A stretch of 64,000 nucleotides of DNA, taken from NCBI GenBank assembly GCA_964488405.1, contig CAZAUU010000003.1:2371-66370 (forward strand), given 5' to 3'. This stretch comes from an uncultured Phocaeicola sp. (GTDB lineage Bacteria > Bacteroidota > Bacteroidia > Bacteroidales > Bacteroidaceae). The first letter of the stretch is position 1. Every line of letters begins with the position of its first letter. Below the pieces are notes generated by a model. It made no database searches. It saw only the letters and a program-made list of their open reading frames with translations, and was not told the DNA's origin. Shown here piece by piece: positions 46,772-57,224 of this stretch. Both the position numbers and the translations under genes were made by a program.

Positions 46772-48028
46772 ATGAAAGAAGAATTGGTAAACAAAGCGTA
46801 TGAGATTGCGAAAGAACGTTATGCGGCCGTAGGAGTGGACGCGGACAAGGCACTGGAGACCTTGCAGAACATCCATTTGTCGCTGCACTGCTGGCAGGCC
46901 GATGATGTGACGGGCTTCGAGGTGCAGGCAGGCGAACTGACCGGAGGTATCCAGGCAACGGGCAATTATCCAGGCAAGGCACGCAACATCGACGAACTGC
47001 GCCAGGACATCCTCAAAGCCACTTCGTATATTCCCGGCACACATCGCCTGAACCTGCACGAAATCTACGGCGACTTCCAGGGCAAAGTGGTGGAACGTGA
47101 CCAGGTGGAACCGGAACACTTCCAAAGTTGGATAGAATGGGGAAAGGAGCACAACATGAAGCTGGACTTCAACTCCACCTCTTTCTCGCATCCGAAGAGT
47201 GGCAACCTGAGCCTGTCCAATCCCGACGAGGGCATCCGCAATTTCTGGATAGAACATACGAAACGCTGCCGTGCCGTAGCAGAAGCCATGGGAGAGGCGC
47301 AAGGCGACCCCTGTATCATGAACCTGTGGGTGCACGACGGAAGCAAGGACATCACTGTGAACCGCATGAAATACCGTGAACTGTTGAAAGACTCGCTCGA
47401 CCAGATTTTTGCCACCGACTACAAACACATGAAAGACTGCATCGAGTCGAAAGTATTCGGCATCGGGCTGGAAAGCTATACGGTAGGGTCGAACGATTTC
47501 TACATCGGGTACGGCGTGTCGCACAACAAGATGATTACCCTCGATACGGGACACTTCCACCCGACAGAAAGCGTGGCTGACAAGGTTTCTTCGCTCCTGC
47601 TCTACATACCTGAGCTGATGCTGCACGTAAGCCGCCCGGTACGCTGGGATTCGGACCACGTGACAATCATGGACGACCCGACACTGGAACTCTTCCAGGA
47701 AATCGTCCGCTGCAATGCACTCGACCGCGTTCACTACGGACTTGACTATTTCGACGCGTCCATCAACCGCATCGGCGCATACGTGGTTGGAAGCCGTGCC
47801 GCCCTGAAGTGCATGCTGCGTGCCTTGCTCGAACCGCTTGCAATGCTCCGCAAATACGAGGAAGACGACCGGCTGTTCCAGCGCCTTGCCCTGTTGGAAG
47901 AGGCGAAGACGCTGCCATGGAACGCCGTATGGGACATGTTCTGCCTGAAGAACAACGTACCCGTAGGCGAAGAGTTCATTGCCGAGGTAGAGAAATACGA
48001 GGCGGATGTCACTTCAAAACGTAATTAA
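46772..48028 (+). CDS. rhaA: L-rhamnose isomerase
   Basis: HCWQADDV, TGNYPGKARN, GHFHPTE, RPVRWDSDHV, DYFDASINR. Confidence 0.97.
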   Translation: MKEELVNKAYEIAKERYAAVGVDADKALETLQNIHLSLHCWQADDVTGFEVQAGELTGGIQATGNYPGKARNIDELRQDILKATSYIPGTHRLNLHEIYGDFQGKVVERDQVEPEHFQSWIEWGKEHNMKLDFNSTSFSHPKSGNLSLSNPDEGIRNFWIEHTKRCRAVAEAMGEAQGDPCIMNLWVHDGSKDITVNRMKYRELLKDSLDQIFATDYKHMKDCIESKVFGIGLESYTVGSNDFYIGYGVSHNKMITLDTGHFHPTESVADKVSSLLLYIPELMLHVSRPVRWDSDHVTIMDDPTLELFQEIVRCNALDRVHYGLDYFDASINRIGAYVVGSRAALKCMLRALLEPLAMLRKYEEDDRLFQRLALLEEAKTLPWNAVWDMFCLKNNVPVGEEFIAEVEKYEADVTSKRN

Positions 48029-48198
48029 CGTATTCAAGAAACAGCACGAACGTACGTCATAACAGGAGAAAACGGAGGCAAAGGCACCAGGTGTACAGGG
48101 ACAAGGCAGGAAACTCCTGCAGGAAAACTTTGTACGGGTGCCTGTGCGTCTTCCAGCCTGCATGACGGGGGTTCGTGCGCGAAACGTGGAACAGGATT

Positions 48199-49233
48199 AT
48201 GGACATAGTAATTGGACTATTGATCATTGCGGTCGGTGCGTTTTGCCAGTCAAGCTGTTACGTGCCGATCAACAAAATAAAGGACTGGAGTTGGGAGTCG
48301 TACTGGATAATCCAAGGGGTGTTCGCCTGGCTGGTATTCCCGTTTTTGGGCGCCTTGCTGGCCGTTCCTCCGGGGCACAGCCTTGCCGGGTTGCTTGCCG
48401 ATGCCAATACGCTTGATATGCTCATGACCATATTCTTCGGCGTGCTGTGGGGCGTAGGCGGACTCACTTTCGGCCTCTCGATGCGCTACTTGGGTGTGGC
48501 GTTGGGGCAAAGCATCTCACTGGGAACTTGTGCCGGATTGGGGACGATATTGGCTCCCGTGATGCTGAACATCTTTTATCCGGAAGCCCACCATCTGGAA
48601 AAACTCACGTATTCCGTCATCATCGGCGTGGTGGTGACATTGGTGGGCATCGCCATCATCGGCGTGGCGGGCAACATGAAAGCACAAAGCCTGAGTGAAG
48701 AGGAGAAGAAGGCTGCCGTGAAGGATTTCAACTTCCCCAAAGGCATCGCCATCGCGCTACTTGCCGGTTTCATGAGCGGGTGCTTCAACGTAGGGCTGGA
48801 ATTCGGCTCGTCCATCCATTTCGAAGAATCGGCAGACATGTTCAAGACCTTGCCCGCCACTTTCCTGGTGACTGTGGGCGGATTTATGACCAACGCCGTG
48901 TACTGCTTTTACCAGAATAGCAGGAACCATACATGGAACGATTACCGCAAAAGCGGGGTATGGGGCAACAACCTTGTGTTCTGTACCCTTGCCGGCGTAT
49001 TGTGGTACAGCCAGTTCTTCGGACTGGCGCTGGGAAAAGGCTTCCTTACGGAGTCGCCCGTGCTGCTGACCTTCGCCTTTTGCATCCTGATGGCGCTCAA
49101 CGTGGTATTTTCGAACGTGTGGGGCATTATCCTGAAAGAATGGAAAGGGTGCTCGCAGAAGACCATTGCCGTATTGCTCGTGGGGCTGGCAATACTCATT
49201 GTATCTTCGTTCCTGCCTCAGCTGTTGAAATGA
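48199..49233 (+). CDS. rhaT: L-rhamnose/proton symporter
   Basis: WSWESYW, GLTFGLSMRYLG, LKEWKG; about 10 TM helices. Confidence 0.95.
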   Translation: MDIVIGLLIIAVGAFCQSSCYVPINKIKDWSWESYWIIQGVFAWLVFPFLGALLAVPPGHSLAGLLADANTLDMLMTIFFGVLWGVGGLTFGLSMRYLGVALGQSISLGTCAGLGTILAPVMLNIFYPEAHHLEKLTYSVIIGVVVTLVGIAIIGVAGNMKAQSLSEEEKKAAVKDFNFPKGIAIALLAGFMSGCFNVGLEFGSSIHFEESADMFKTLPATFLVTVGGFMTNAVYCFYQNSRNHTWNDYRKSGVWGNNLVFCTLAGVLWYSQFFGLALGKGFLTESPVLLTFAFCILMALNVVFSNVWGIILKEWKGCSQKTIAVLLVGLAILIVSSFLPQLLK

Positions 49234-49292
49234 GACGGGTACCCTGACAGACAAACTTTAACGGACCAATAATTAAAAAACTGACAAATAAC

Positions 49293-50102
49293 ATGGAATC
49301 AATCTTGACTAACCGCCCGGCACTGGCTGCCGAAATCGGGAAGGTAGCGGAAGTGGCAGGCTATCTGTGGCAAAAAGGCTGGGCAGAACGCAACGGAGGC
49401 AATATAACCATCAATATCACCGAGTATGTAGACGACACGATAAAGGCAATGCCGGCCATCAGCGGGGTGAAACCCATCGGCACCGTGCTTCCATACCTGA
49501 AAGGCTGTTACTTCTATTGCAAAGGGACACAGAAACGCATGCGCGACCTTGCCCGCGACCCGATGGCAAACGGTTCGGTAATCCGCATCCTGGACGACTG
49601 CGCCAGCTACGTGATTGTCGCCGACCAGCCGGTGAATCCCACATCGGAACTTCCCTCGCACCTGAGCGTGCACAATTACCTGCTCTCGAAAGGGATGAAC
49701 TACAAGGCTTCCCTGCATACGCACCCCATCGAACTGGTGGCCATGACCCACAACAGGAAATTCATGGAAAAGGACTGTGCCTCCAACCTTTTGTGGAGCA
49801 TGATTCCGGAAACCAAGGCTTTCTGCCCGCGCGGACTGGGCATGGTGCCCTATACGTTGCCCGGTTCGGTGGAACTGGCGGAAGCCACCATCCGTACGCT
49901 GGACGATTACGATGTGGTGATGTGGGAGAAACACGGCGTGTTTGCCGTAGACACCGACATCATGTCGGCGTTCGACCAGGTAGACGTTCTCAACAAGTCG
50001 GCGTTGATCTACATCGCCGCCAAGAACATGGGCTTTGAGCCGGAAGGCATGAGCCAGGAACAAATGAAGGAAATGTCCGTCGCATTCAATCTGCCGAAAT
50101 GA
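49293..50102 (+). CDS. rhaD: Rhamnulose-1-phosphate aldolase
   Basis: GWAERNGGN, PTSELPSH, HTHP, WEKHG. Confidence 0.95.
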   Translation: MESILTNRPALAAEIGKVAEVAGYLWQKGWAERNGGNITINITEYVDDTIKAMPAISGVKPIGTVLPYLKGCYFYCKGTQKRMRDLARDPMANGSVIRILDDCASYVIVADQPVNPTSELPSHLSVHNYLLSKGMNYKASLHTHPIELVAMTHNRKFMEKDCASNLLWSMIPETKAFCPRGLGMVPYTLPGSVELAEATIRTLDDYDVVMWEKHGVFAVDTDIMSAFDQVDVLNKSALIYIAAKNMGFEPEGMSQEQMKEMSVAFNLPK

Positions 50103-50141
50103 CGGACCGGCAGGAACAGACACTTTTTAAACAAAATAACT

Positions 50142-51296
50142 ATGTACAGGATGATTTTGAACGAAACCTCGTATTTCGGGGCGGGATGCCGCGAGAGCAT
50201 CGCGACGGAGGCCCGCCGCAGAGGTTTCAAAAAAGCGTTTTTCGTGACGGATGCGGATTTGATCCGCTTCCACGTAGCCGACAAGGTCATTGAGATTTTC
50301 GACAGGAACGGGATTCCTTATGAGATGTACAGCGATGTGAAGGCAAACCCCAACATTGCCAATGTACAGCATGGCGTGAATGCCTACAAAGCTTCGGGTG
50401 CCGACTTTATCGTGGCATTGGGTGGCGGTTCCGCTATCGACACGGCAAAAGGCATCGGCATTGTGGTGAACAACCCGGAGTTTTCCGACGTGCGCTCACT
50501 GGAAGGTGTGGCGGATACGCACCATAAGGCCGTGCCCACCTTCGCCCTGCCCACCACGGCAGGTACGGGCGCCGAAGTGACCATCAACTATGTCATCATC
50601 GACGAGGAAGCCCGGAAGAAAATGGTATGCGTCGACCCCAACGACATCCCATGCGTGGCAATCGTCGACCCCGAACTGATGTATTCCATGCCAAAGGGTC
50701 TGACGGCTGCAACGGGCATGGACGCATTGACACATGCGATCGAGAGTTATATCACCCCGGGCGCATGGGTCATGTCGGACATGATGGAACTGAAAGCCAT
50801 CGAGATGATTGCCGGAAACCTGAAGGCGGCAGTCGACAACGGCAACGACACCGTGGCACGCGAAGCCATGTCGCAGGCACAATACATTGCCGGTATGGGG
50901 TTCAGCAATGTCGGACTGGGCATTGTACACTCCATGGCACATCCGTTGGGGGCACACTACGACACGCCGCACGGACTGGCAAATGCCTTGCTGCTGCCTT
51001 ATGTAATGGAATACAACGCGGAGTCGCCCGCCGCCCCCAAATATATCCACATAGCCAAGGCAATGGGCGTGGATACGGAAGGCATGACGGTGGAGGAAGG
51101 CGTGAAGGCGGCTGTCGATGCCGTCCGTGCCTTGTCACTCAGCATCGGCATCCCGCAGAAATTGCATGAAATAGGTGTGCGCGAGGAAGACATCCACCAA
51201 CTGGCTGTCGACGCATTCAACGATGTGTGTACGGGCGGAAACCCGCGTCCCACTTCCGTTGAGGACATAGAAGCCCTCTACCACAAGGCTTTCTGA
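50142..51296 (+). CDS. fucO: Lactaldehyde reductase (Fe-containing ADH)
   Basis: GGGSAID, PTTAGTG, DALTHAIE, HSMAH, PHG. Confidence 0.93.
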   Translation: MYRMILNETSYFGAGCRESIATEARRRGFKKAFFVTDADLIRFHVADKVIEIFDRNGIPYEMYSDVKANPNIANVQHGVNAYKASGADFIVALGGGSAIDTAKGIGIVVNNPEFSDVRSLEGVADTHHKAVPTFALPTTAGTGAEVTINYVIIDEEARKKMVCVDPNDIPCVAIVDPELMYSMPKGLTAATGMDALTHAIESYITPGAWVMSDMMELKAIEMIAGNLKAAVDNGNDTVAREAMSQAQYIAGMGFSNVGLGIVHSMAHPLGAHYDTPHGLANALLLPYVMEYNAESPAAPKYIHIAKAMGVDTEGMTVEEGVKAAVDAVRALSLSIGIPQKLHEIGVREEDIHQLAVDAFNDVCTGGNPRPTSVEDIEALYHKAF

Positions 51297-51317
51297 TTCT
51301 CCCTGCCGGGAAGAAAC

Positions 51318-51364
51318 GGCACGGAAACGCCGGGGCGTGCTTCATGCCCCGGAGTTTCTGTGCC
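51318..51364 (+). terminator. Stem-loop after fucO
   Basis: GGCACGGAAAC-gCCGGGGCGT...ATGCCCCGGa-GTTTCTGTGCC. Confidence 0.6.
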
Positions 51365-51447
51365 CGTCCCTCTTTATTCGGACATTCCCGCCCCACTTTC
51401 CATTCCTTTTTCGTATCTTTGCCATAATGTGGTAAATAGTGAAGTTT

Positions 51448-52350
51448 ATGACAAAATCGAATGCAAATACAGGGATGGAAATCAAATACCTGATTGTAAA
51501 TGAAAAAGACCGCATGTTCGGGCTTGCCGTGAATGCGGTTGGTTTCCAGTCTATCCATTCCAATTCCCCTTATCCGATCAACAATCATCCTTCCGGCTAT
51601 TTCTTCAATGCGCAAAAGGGACGTGTCCTGCGCGAATACCAGTTGCTTTACATCACCAAAGGGCAAGGCACTTTTGCTTCCGACGATACGTCGGGGCGCA
51701 GTGTAGGCAAAGGAAACCTGATTGTGCTTTTCCCCGGACAATGGCATACGTACCATCCGGATGCCGAAACCGGATGGGATGAATACTACATCGGATTCGA
51801 AGGCGCTGTCATCGACCGGCTGGTGAAGAACGGATTCCTCGGAAAAGAAAACCAGGTGTTGGAGATAGGCATCAACGAAGAACTGGTGATGCTTTTTTCA
51901 CGGGCCCTCGAAATAGCCGACGAAGACCGCACCGCCTCCCAGCAATACCTGGCGGGCATCCTGCTGCACATGGTCGGGCTGGTCCTTTCGGTTTCAAAAA
52001 ACAACATCTTCAAGCAGGACAACATTGCCGGCAAGATGGAACAAGCGAAAATCATGATGAACGAACATATCGACGGGGAAGTAGACCCGGAGGAACTGGC
52101 AGACAAGCTGAACATCAGCTATTCGTGGTTCCGGAAGGCATTCAAGGACTACACCGGATATGCCCCGGCAAAGTATTTCCAGGAATTGAAACTGCGGAAA
52201 GCCAAACAATTGCTGGTCACCACCCCCTACTCCGTGAAAGAAATCTGCTTCATGCTGGGATATGCCTCCACCGAGCATTTCTCGAACCTGTTCAAGAAAA
52301 ACACCGGGCTCACCCCTCTGAAATACCGTTCCTTCGGCAGGGACTCGTGA
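51448..52350 (+). CDS. rhaR: AraC-family rhamnose regulator
   Basis: Cupin sensor (LFPGQWHTY) plus AraC HTH, at the end of the rha cluster. -7 box at 51414-51421. Confidence 0.85.
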   Translation: MTKSNANTGMEIKYLIVNEKDRMFGLAVNAVGFQSIHSNSPYPINNHPSGYFFNAQKGRVLREYQLLYITKGQGTFASDDTSGRSVGKGNLIVLFPGQWHTYHPDAETGWDEYYIGFEGAVIDRLVKNGFLGKENQVLEIGINEELVMLFSRALEIADEDRTASQQYLAGILLHMVGLVLSVSKNNIFKQDNIAGKMEQAKIMMNEHIDGEVDPEELADKLNISYSWFRKAFKDYTGYAPAKYFQELKLRKAKQLLVTTPYSVKEICFMLGYASTEHFSNLFKKNTGLTPLKYRSFGRDS

Positions 52351-52438
52351 AGGGACACCACCTGCAAAGGAAGGGAAAAACATTGCGCATCTGGCAGAAT
52401 CTGATTACCTTTGCACCGCAAAAAAACAATAACCTGCC

Positions 52439-53233
52439 ATGGAACAATATCTCAACCTGCTGAAACGCATCCGTACCGAAGGCGTGCTGAAACACGACCG
52501 CACAGGCACGGGCACCCTCAGCGTATTCGGACACCAGATGAAGTTCTGCCTCGCCGACGGATTCCCGCTGGTGACCACCAAAAAAGTGCATCTGAAATCC
52601 ATCATCCACGAACTGCTCTGGTTCCTGAAGGGGGACACCAACGTGCATTACCTGCAGGAAAACGGCGTGCGCATCTGGAACGAATGGGCGGATGCCGACG
52701 GCAACCTGGGGCACATCTACGGATACCAATGGCGCTCATGGCCCGACTACGAAGGCGGGGTCATCGACCAGATTGCGGAAGCCATAGAAACCATCAGGCA
52801 CAACCCCGACTCGCGACGCATCATCGTGAGCGCATGGAACGTGGCAGACCTGAAGAACATGAACCTCCCCCCCTGCCATATATTCTTCCAGTTTTACGTG
52901 GCAGACGGGAAGCTGAGCATGCAGATGTACCAGCGCAGCGCCGACTGCTTTCTGGGCGTACCGTTCAACATCGCTTCGTACGCGCTCCTGCTCCTGATGA
53001 CGGCGCAGGTGACGGGGCTGGAAGCAGGCGACTTCATCCATACCCTGGGCGACGCGCACATTTACCTGAACCACATCGACCAGGTAGACCTGCAGCTGGC
53101 ACGCACTCCCCGTCCCCTGCCGCATATCAGGCTGAACCCGGACGTGAAGGACATCTTCGCTTTCCGCTACGGGGACTTCGAACTGGACGGTTACGAACCG
53201 TGGCCGCACATTGCCGGAAAAGTATCTGTGTAA
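52439..53233 (+). CDS. thyA: Thymidylate synthase
   Basis: [34 protein letters not shown]. Confidence 0.98.
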   Translation: MEQYLNLLKRIRTEGVLKHDRTGTGTLSVFGHQMKFCLADGFPLVTTKKVHLKSIIHELLWFLKGDTNVHYLQENGVRIWNEWADADGNLGHIYGYQWRSWPDYEGGVIDQIAEAIETIRHNPDSRRIIVSAWNVADLKNMNLPPCHIFFQFYVADGKLSMQMYQRSADCFLGVPFNIASYALLLLMTAQVTGLEAGDFIHTLGDAHIYLNHIDQVDLQLARTPRPLPHIRLNPDVKDIFAFRYGDFELDGYEPWPHIAGKVSV

Positions 53234-53252
53234 CGCAAAAACAACATAAACG

Positions 53253-53771
53253 ATGATAACCATCATTGCCGCCATTAACCGGAACCGGGGAATCGGCTTC
53301 GGGAACCGGTTGATATACTGGTTGCCCAACGACCTGAAACGCTTCAAGGCACTCACCACGGGACATACCCTCATCATGGGACGGAAGACATTCGAGTCGC
53401 TCCCGAAAGGTGCCCTGCCCAACCGGAGAAACATCGTGCTGAGCAAGAACAGCCGTGCTTTTGCGGGAGCCGAATGCTTCCGCTCGATGGAAGAAGCCCT
53501 CGGGCACTGCACGAAGGAAGAGGAAATATTCATTATCGGTGGTGCCAGCGTATATGCCGAGGCACTGGCTGTCGCCGACCGCCTTTGCCTGACCGAGATT
53601 GAAGACAGCGAAAAAGAGGCCGACGTGTTCTTTCCTGCCATCGACCGGAATGCATGGGAAGAAACGGCACGCGAAAGGCATTCCGCCGACGAAAAGCACG
53701 CCTATGCCTACAGCTTCGTAGACTACAGGCGGACCGCTACTGCCTCTTCCGACGGAAAAAATCCTTCATGA
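53253..53771 (+). CDS. folA: Dihydrofolate reductase
   Basis: DLKRFK, MGRKTFES, LPNRRNIVLS, IIGGA. Confidence 0.96.
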   Translation: MITIIAAINRNRGIGFGNRLIYWLPNDLKRFKALTTGHTLIMGRKTFESLPKGALPNRRNIVLSKNSRAFAGAECFRSMEEALGHCTKEEEIFIIGGASVYAEALAVADRLCLTEIEDSEKEADVFFPAIDRNAWEETARERHSADEKHAYAYSFVDYRRTATASSDGKNPS

Positions 53772-54174
53772 GGGCGGCACATTCCTCGCCCAGAACGCCT
53801 GCCAGCACTTCCGTCTTGGGATGGAGCGCCCCGGGGGCATAACGGCGGTATCCGCGTTTCTCATCGGCCGCACCGAACACCAACCTGCCCATCTGCGCCC
53901 AGGCGATGGCGCCCGCACACATCACACACGGCTCGACGGTGACGTAGAGGGTGCAGTCTGAAAGGTATTTCCCCCCCAACGCATCGGCGCCTGCCGTTAT
54001 CGCCTGCATTTCGGCATGCGCCGTCACATCGTGCAGCATCTCGGTCAGGTTGTGCGCACGGGCAATGACACGGTCGCGGCATACCACCACGGCGCCTACC
54101 GGCACCTCCCCTGCCCGTCCCGCTTCCTGCGCCTCCAGCAGGGCCTGCTTCATGTAATAAACATCTTTTTCCAT
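53737..54174 (-). CDS. tadA: tRNA adenosine deaminase-like nucleoside deaminase
   Basis: EVPVGAV, TAHAE, EPCVMC. Confidence 0.92.
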   Translation of the reverse strand: MEKDVYYMKQALLEAQEAGRAGEVPVGAVVVCRDRVIARAHNLTEMLHDVTAHAEMQAITAGADALGGKYLSDCTLYVTVEPCVMCAGAIAWAQMGRLVFGAADEKRGYRRYAPGALHPKTEVLAGVLGEECAALMKDFFRRKRQ

Positions 54175-54186
54175 ACGCCCGAAAGG

Positions 54187-54417
54187 TTATCTGCGCATGT
54201 CGTGCTCCTTGAACAAGGTGGGATAGTCTTCCTCCAGATGCCGGTGGATGAACGACAGCACCGTTTCCCGGAGCCAACGCCCCCTGTTCGTTATCCGATA
54301 GCGTGCCAGATAACGTTCCACAACCTGCATTTCGCCGTCACTCAGCAGGCAAACCATCCTGTGTTTGCGCGGAGAAGACGGGGAAGACAGGTTTCGCTTT
54401 TTACTATTGTTTACCAT
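54187..54417 (-). CDS. Small hypothetical protein, possible ribbon-helix-helix fold
   Basis: Basic N-terminus, strand HRMVCLLS then two amphipathic helices. -7 box at 54428-54435. Confidence 0.7.
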   Translation of the reverse strand: MVNNSKKRNLSSPSSPRKHRMVCLLSDGEMQVVERYLARYRITNRGRWLRETVLSFIHRHLEEDYPTLFKEHDMRR

Positions 54418-54533
54418 AATACACCTGCAAAAATAGCGCACTTTTCTTCATCTGCAAAACAGGCTGGCGCTAAAAATCGGGAAAGGTGCTGAAAAATACG
54501 CGGGGATTGCGTACCTTTGCCCAAAAGAACGGA

Positions 54534-54899
54534 ATGGCAGAGCACAACAGCCTGGGGAAAAAAGGAGAAGACGAGGCGGCACACTACCTGGCGGCACACG
54601 GATACTGCATCCGCCACCGCAACTGGCGAAAAGGACGCAACGAGCTGGACATCGTGGCGGAGAAAGACAGCCTGCTGGTCGTGGTGGAGGTAAAGACCCG
54701 GCGGAACGAAGAATACGGGCACCCCGAAGAGGCGGTGACCGACCGCAAGATACGCACGCTTGTCGCACTGGCAGATGCCTACGTCAAAGAATACGGCATC
54801 GACATGCCGGTACGTTTCGATATCGTCACAGTGACCGGCCGTGGGGCTCCTTTCCGAATCAGGCACATAAAAGATGCTTTCCTGCCGCCCGTATGGTAA
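54534..54899 (+). CDS. yraN: YraN/UPF0102 family putative endonuclease
   Basis: GKKGED.A, RNWR, ELDIVA, VEVKTR, RFDIV. Confidence 0.93.
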   Translation: MAEHNSLGKKGEDEAAHYLAAHGYCIRHRNWRKGRNELDIVAEKDSLLVVVEVKTRRNEEYGHPEEAVTDRKIRTLVALADAYVKEYGIDMPVRFDIVTVTGRGAPFRIRHIKDAFLPPVW

Positions 54900-55663
54900 C
54901 AACAAACAAAAACGGATTGACAATGACAGACATCCCTGAACCCATATTTATAGAACAGACAACCTCCACCAACACCTTCCTCGCCCAGCTATGCAGCCGG
55001 AGCAGGCCCGCCGAGCTGGCAAGCGTGTACACCTCTTGCCAGACGGCAGGACGCGGACAAAGGGGAAACAGCTGGGAATCGGAACCGGGAAAGAACCTGC
55101 TTTTCAGCTTCGTGGCGTACCCCACATTCCTCGAAGCCGGACGCCAGTTCCTCCTCTCGCAGGTGGCGGCACTGGGCGTGGCGGAGACCCTTTCGGTATA
55201 CACGGAAGGCATCCGCATCAAGTGGCCGAACGACATCTACTGGAAAGACAGGAAACTTTGCGGCACACTGATAGAGAATGACCTGGACGGGACGTGCGTC
55301 AGCCGTTCCATCATCGGCACAGGCATAAACCTGAACCAGCTGCATTTTGCGGACAACGCCCCCAACGCGGTCTCGCTGGCACAGATCACGGGGGAAAGGT
55401 ACGAGCCGACAGACATCCTCCGCCGGGTCATGCAGCGCACCGCGTGGTATTACGGGCAGCTGAAGGAAGGAAAGGACGAATACATCCGCCAACGGTACAA
55501 AGCGGCACTGTACCGCCGCGACGGGTTTCATGCCTACCGGGACGGCGAAGGGCGTTTCCTTGCCCGCATCCGCGACATCAGGCCTTCGGGGCGGCTGGTG
55601 CTGGAAGATGCAAGCGGCACACTCCGGGAATACATGTTCAAGGAAGTTTCATTCGAATTGTAA
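54893..55663 (+). CDS. birA: Biotin--[acetyl-CoA carboxylase] ligase (no HTH)
   Basis: STN, QTAGRGQRG, IKWPNDIY, KLCGTLIE, GINLNQ. Start is 54893 or 54923. Confidence 0.93.
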   Translation: MVTTNKNGLTMTDIPEPIFIEQTTSTNTFLAQLCSRSRPAELASVYTSCQTAGRGQRGNSWESEPGKNLLFSFVAYPTFLEAGRQFLLSQVAALGVAETLSVYTEGIRIKWPNDIYWKDRKLCGTLIENDLDGTCVSRSIIGTGINLNQLHFADNAPNAVSLAQITGERYEPTDILRRVMQRTAWYYGQLKEGKDEYIRQRYKAALYRRDGFHAYRDGEGRFLARIRDIRPSGRLVLEDASGTLREYMFKEVSFEL

Positions 55664-55670
55664 CCACCGC

Positions 55671-56969
55671 ATGACACACACAAACCGGTGCATCCTGCAC
55701 ATCGCCCTGCCTTCCATCGTTTCGAACATCACCGTGCCCCTGCTGGGACTGGTGGATGTCGCCATCGTGGGCCATCTCGGCTCGGCTTCCTACATCGGAG
55801 GCATAGCCGTGGGGGGCATGCTGTTCAACATGATTTACTGGATATTCGGCTTCCTCCGCATGGGGACCAGCGGACTCACGGCACAGGCATACGGTGCACA
55901 CGACCTGCCCGAAACGACCCGGTGCCTGCTCCGCTCCGCAGCTATCGGCCTGCTGCTGGCACTGGCGTTGCTCGCACTGCAATACCCTATCCGCACCATC
56001 GCCTTCCGGCTGATTGATGCCAGCCCCGAAGTGAAGGAGACCGCCTCGCTCTACTTCCATATCTGCATCTGGGGAGCCCCCGCCACACTGGGGCTGTACA
56101 GCATTTCGGGATGGTTTATCGGCATGCAGAACTCGCGTTTCCCCATGTATGTCGCCATCACGCAAAACGTGGTGAACATCGCGGCAAGCCTGTTTTTCGT
56201 CATGGTATGCAACATGAAGGTGGAGGGCGTGGCGCTCGGCACACTGATTGCCCAATACGCGGGGATTGCCATGGCATGCCTGCTCTGGGCCGTCTATTAC
56301 CGCCCCTTGCGCAAGTATGCCGCATGGAAAGGCTGCTTCGGGCGGGAAGCCATGGCGCGTTTCTTCGGAGTGAACCGCGACATCTTCCTCCGCACGTTCT
56401 GCCTGATAGCGGTCACCGTGTTCTTCACCTCCACCGGGGCGGCATACGGCGATGTGACCCTCGCCGTCAACACCCTGCTGATGCAGCTCTTCACGCTTTT
56501 CTCCTACATCATGGACGGCTTTGCATACGCCGGGGAGGCGCTGACGGGGAAATGCGTCGGGGCGGGAAACCGCACGGAGCTGCACCGCACGGTCCGCCAC
56601 CTCTTCGGGTGGGGCATCGCCATCTCGCTGGGCTTCACCCTGTTGTACGCCATCGGGGGGAAGGGTTTCCTCGGGCTGCTCACCGACGAGCAGGAGGTAA
56701 TCGATGCCGCCGGCACGTATTTCTACTGGGTACTGGCAATCCCGGCGGCAGGTTTCTCCGCATTCCTGCTCGACGGCATCTGCATCGGTGCCACCGCCAC
56801 CTCTGCCATGCTGAAAGGGATGTGTGCGGCCAGCGCCGCCTTTTTTCTCGTCTATTACGGCTTCCACTCTGCGCTGGGCAACCATGCGCTCTGGATGGGC
56901 TTCATCGTCTACCTCGCCCTGAGGGGAATCGTGCAGGGGATACTGGTGGCGCACAAAGACCTGGCATAA
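55671..56969 (+). CDS. MATE (DinF-like) efflux transporter
   Basis: SNITVPLLGLVD, FLRMGTSG, about 12 TM helices. Start at ATG 55671. Confidence 0.93.
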   Translation: MTHTNRCILHIALPSIVSNITVPLLGLVDVAIVGHLGSASYIGGIAVGGMLFNMIYWIFGFLRMGTSGLTAQAYGAHDLPETTRCLLRSAAIGLLLALALLALQYPIRTIAFRLIDASPEVKETASLYFHICIWGAPATLGLYSISGWFIGMQNSRFPMYVAITQNVVNIAASLFFVMVCNMKVEGVALGTLIAQYAGIAMACLLWAVYYRPLRKYAAWKGCFGREAMARFFGVNRDIFLRTFCLIAVTVFFTSTGAAYGDVTLAVNTLLMQLFTLFSYIMDGFAYAGEALTGKCVGAGNRTELHRTVRHLFGWGIAISLGFTLLYAIGGKGFLGLLTDEQEVIDAAGTYFYWVLAIPAAGFSAFLLDGICIGATATSAMLKGMCAASAAFFLVYYGFHSALGNHALWMGFIVYLALRGIVQGILVAHKDLA

Positions 56970-57019
56970 GCAAGTCCGGCAATGTCTTTGAAATTACGGT
57001 ATCTTCATCAGCGAAGCAC

Positions 57020-57166
57020 TTAGTCATCTACAATGAACTGCGTAAAAATGGATTTTCTGTGGATATTGGCATGGTGGAAAGCTTATAAACGGGATGAAAG
57101 CGGTGAACTCAAAAGAAAAGATGAATCAGGAGCAAGATTCACTTCTGCAACTCTCTGACGGCTTCC
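57020..57166 (+). pseudogene. Frameshifted and deleted C-terminal remnant of an AAA/DUF4143 ATP-binding protein
   Basis: Successive frames read VIYNELRKNGFSVDIGMVE / AYKRDESGELKRK / KMNQEQDSLLQLSDGF. Confidence 0.55.
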
Positions 57167-57224
57167 TTCTTGGTAAAACCGATTTGTGGAAGAAGTAGAT
57201 TCATTTTACAACAGCGATGCAAGA

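Noticed and set aside
45428-47734. 768-aa minus-strand ORF
   Set aside because: Antisense shadow of rhaB-rhaA with no recognisable motifs; explained by codon bias of the real genes.
50135-50142. sRNA complementarity to the fucO leader (AATAACTA)
   Set aside because: Only 8 AU-rich nucleotides; a similar match occurs in the unrelated ECF intergenic region (~43198-43206), so it is at chance level.
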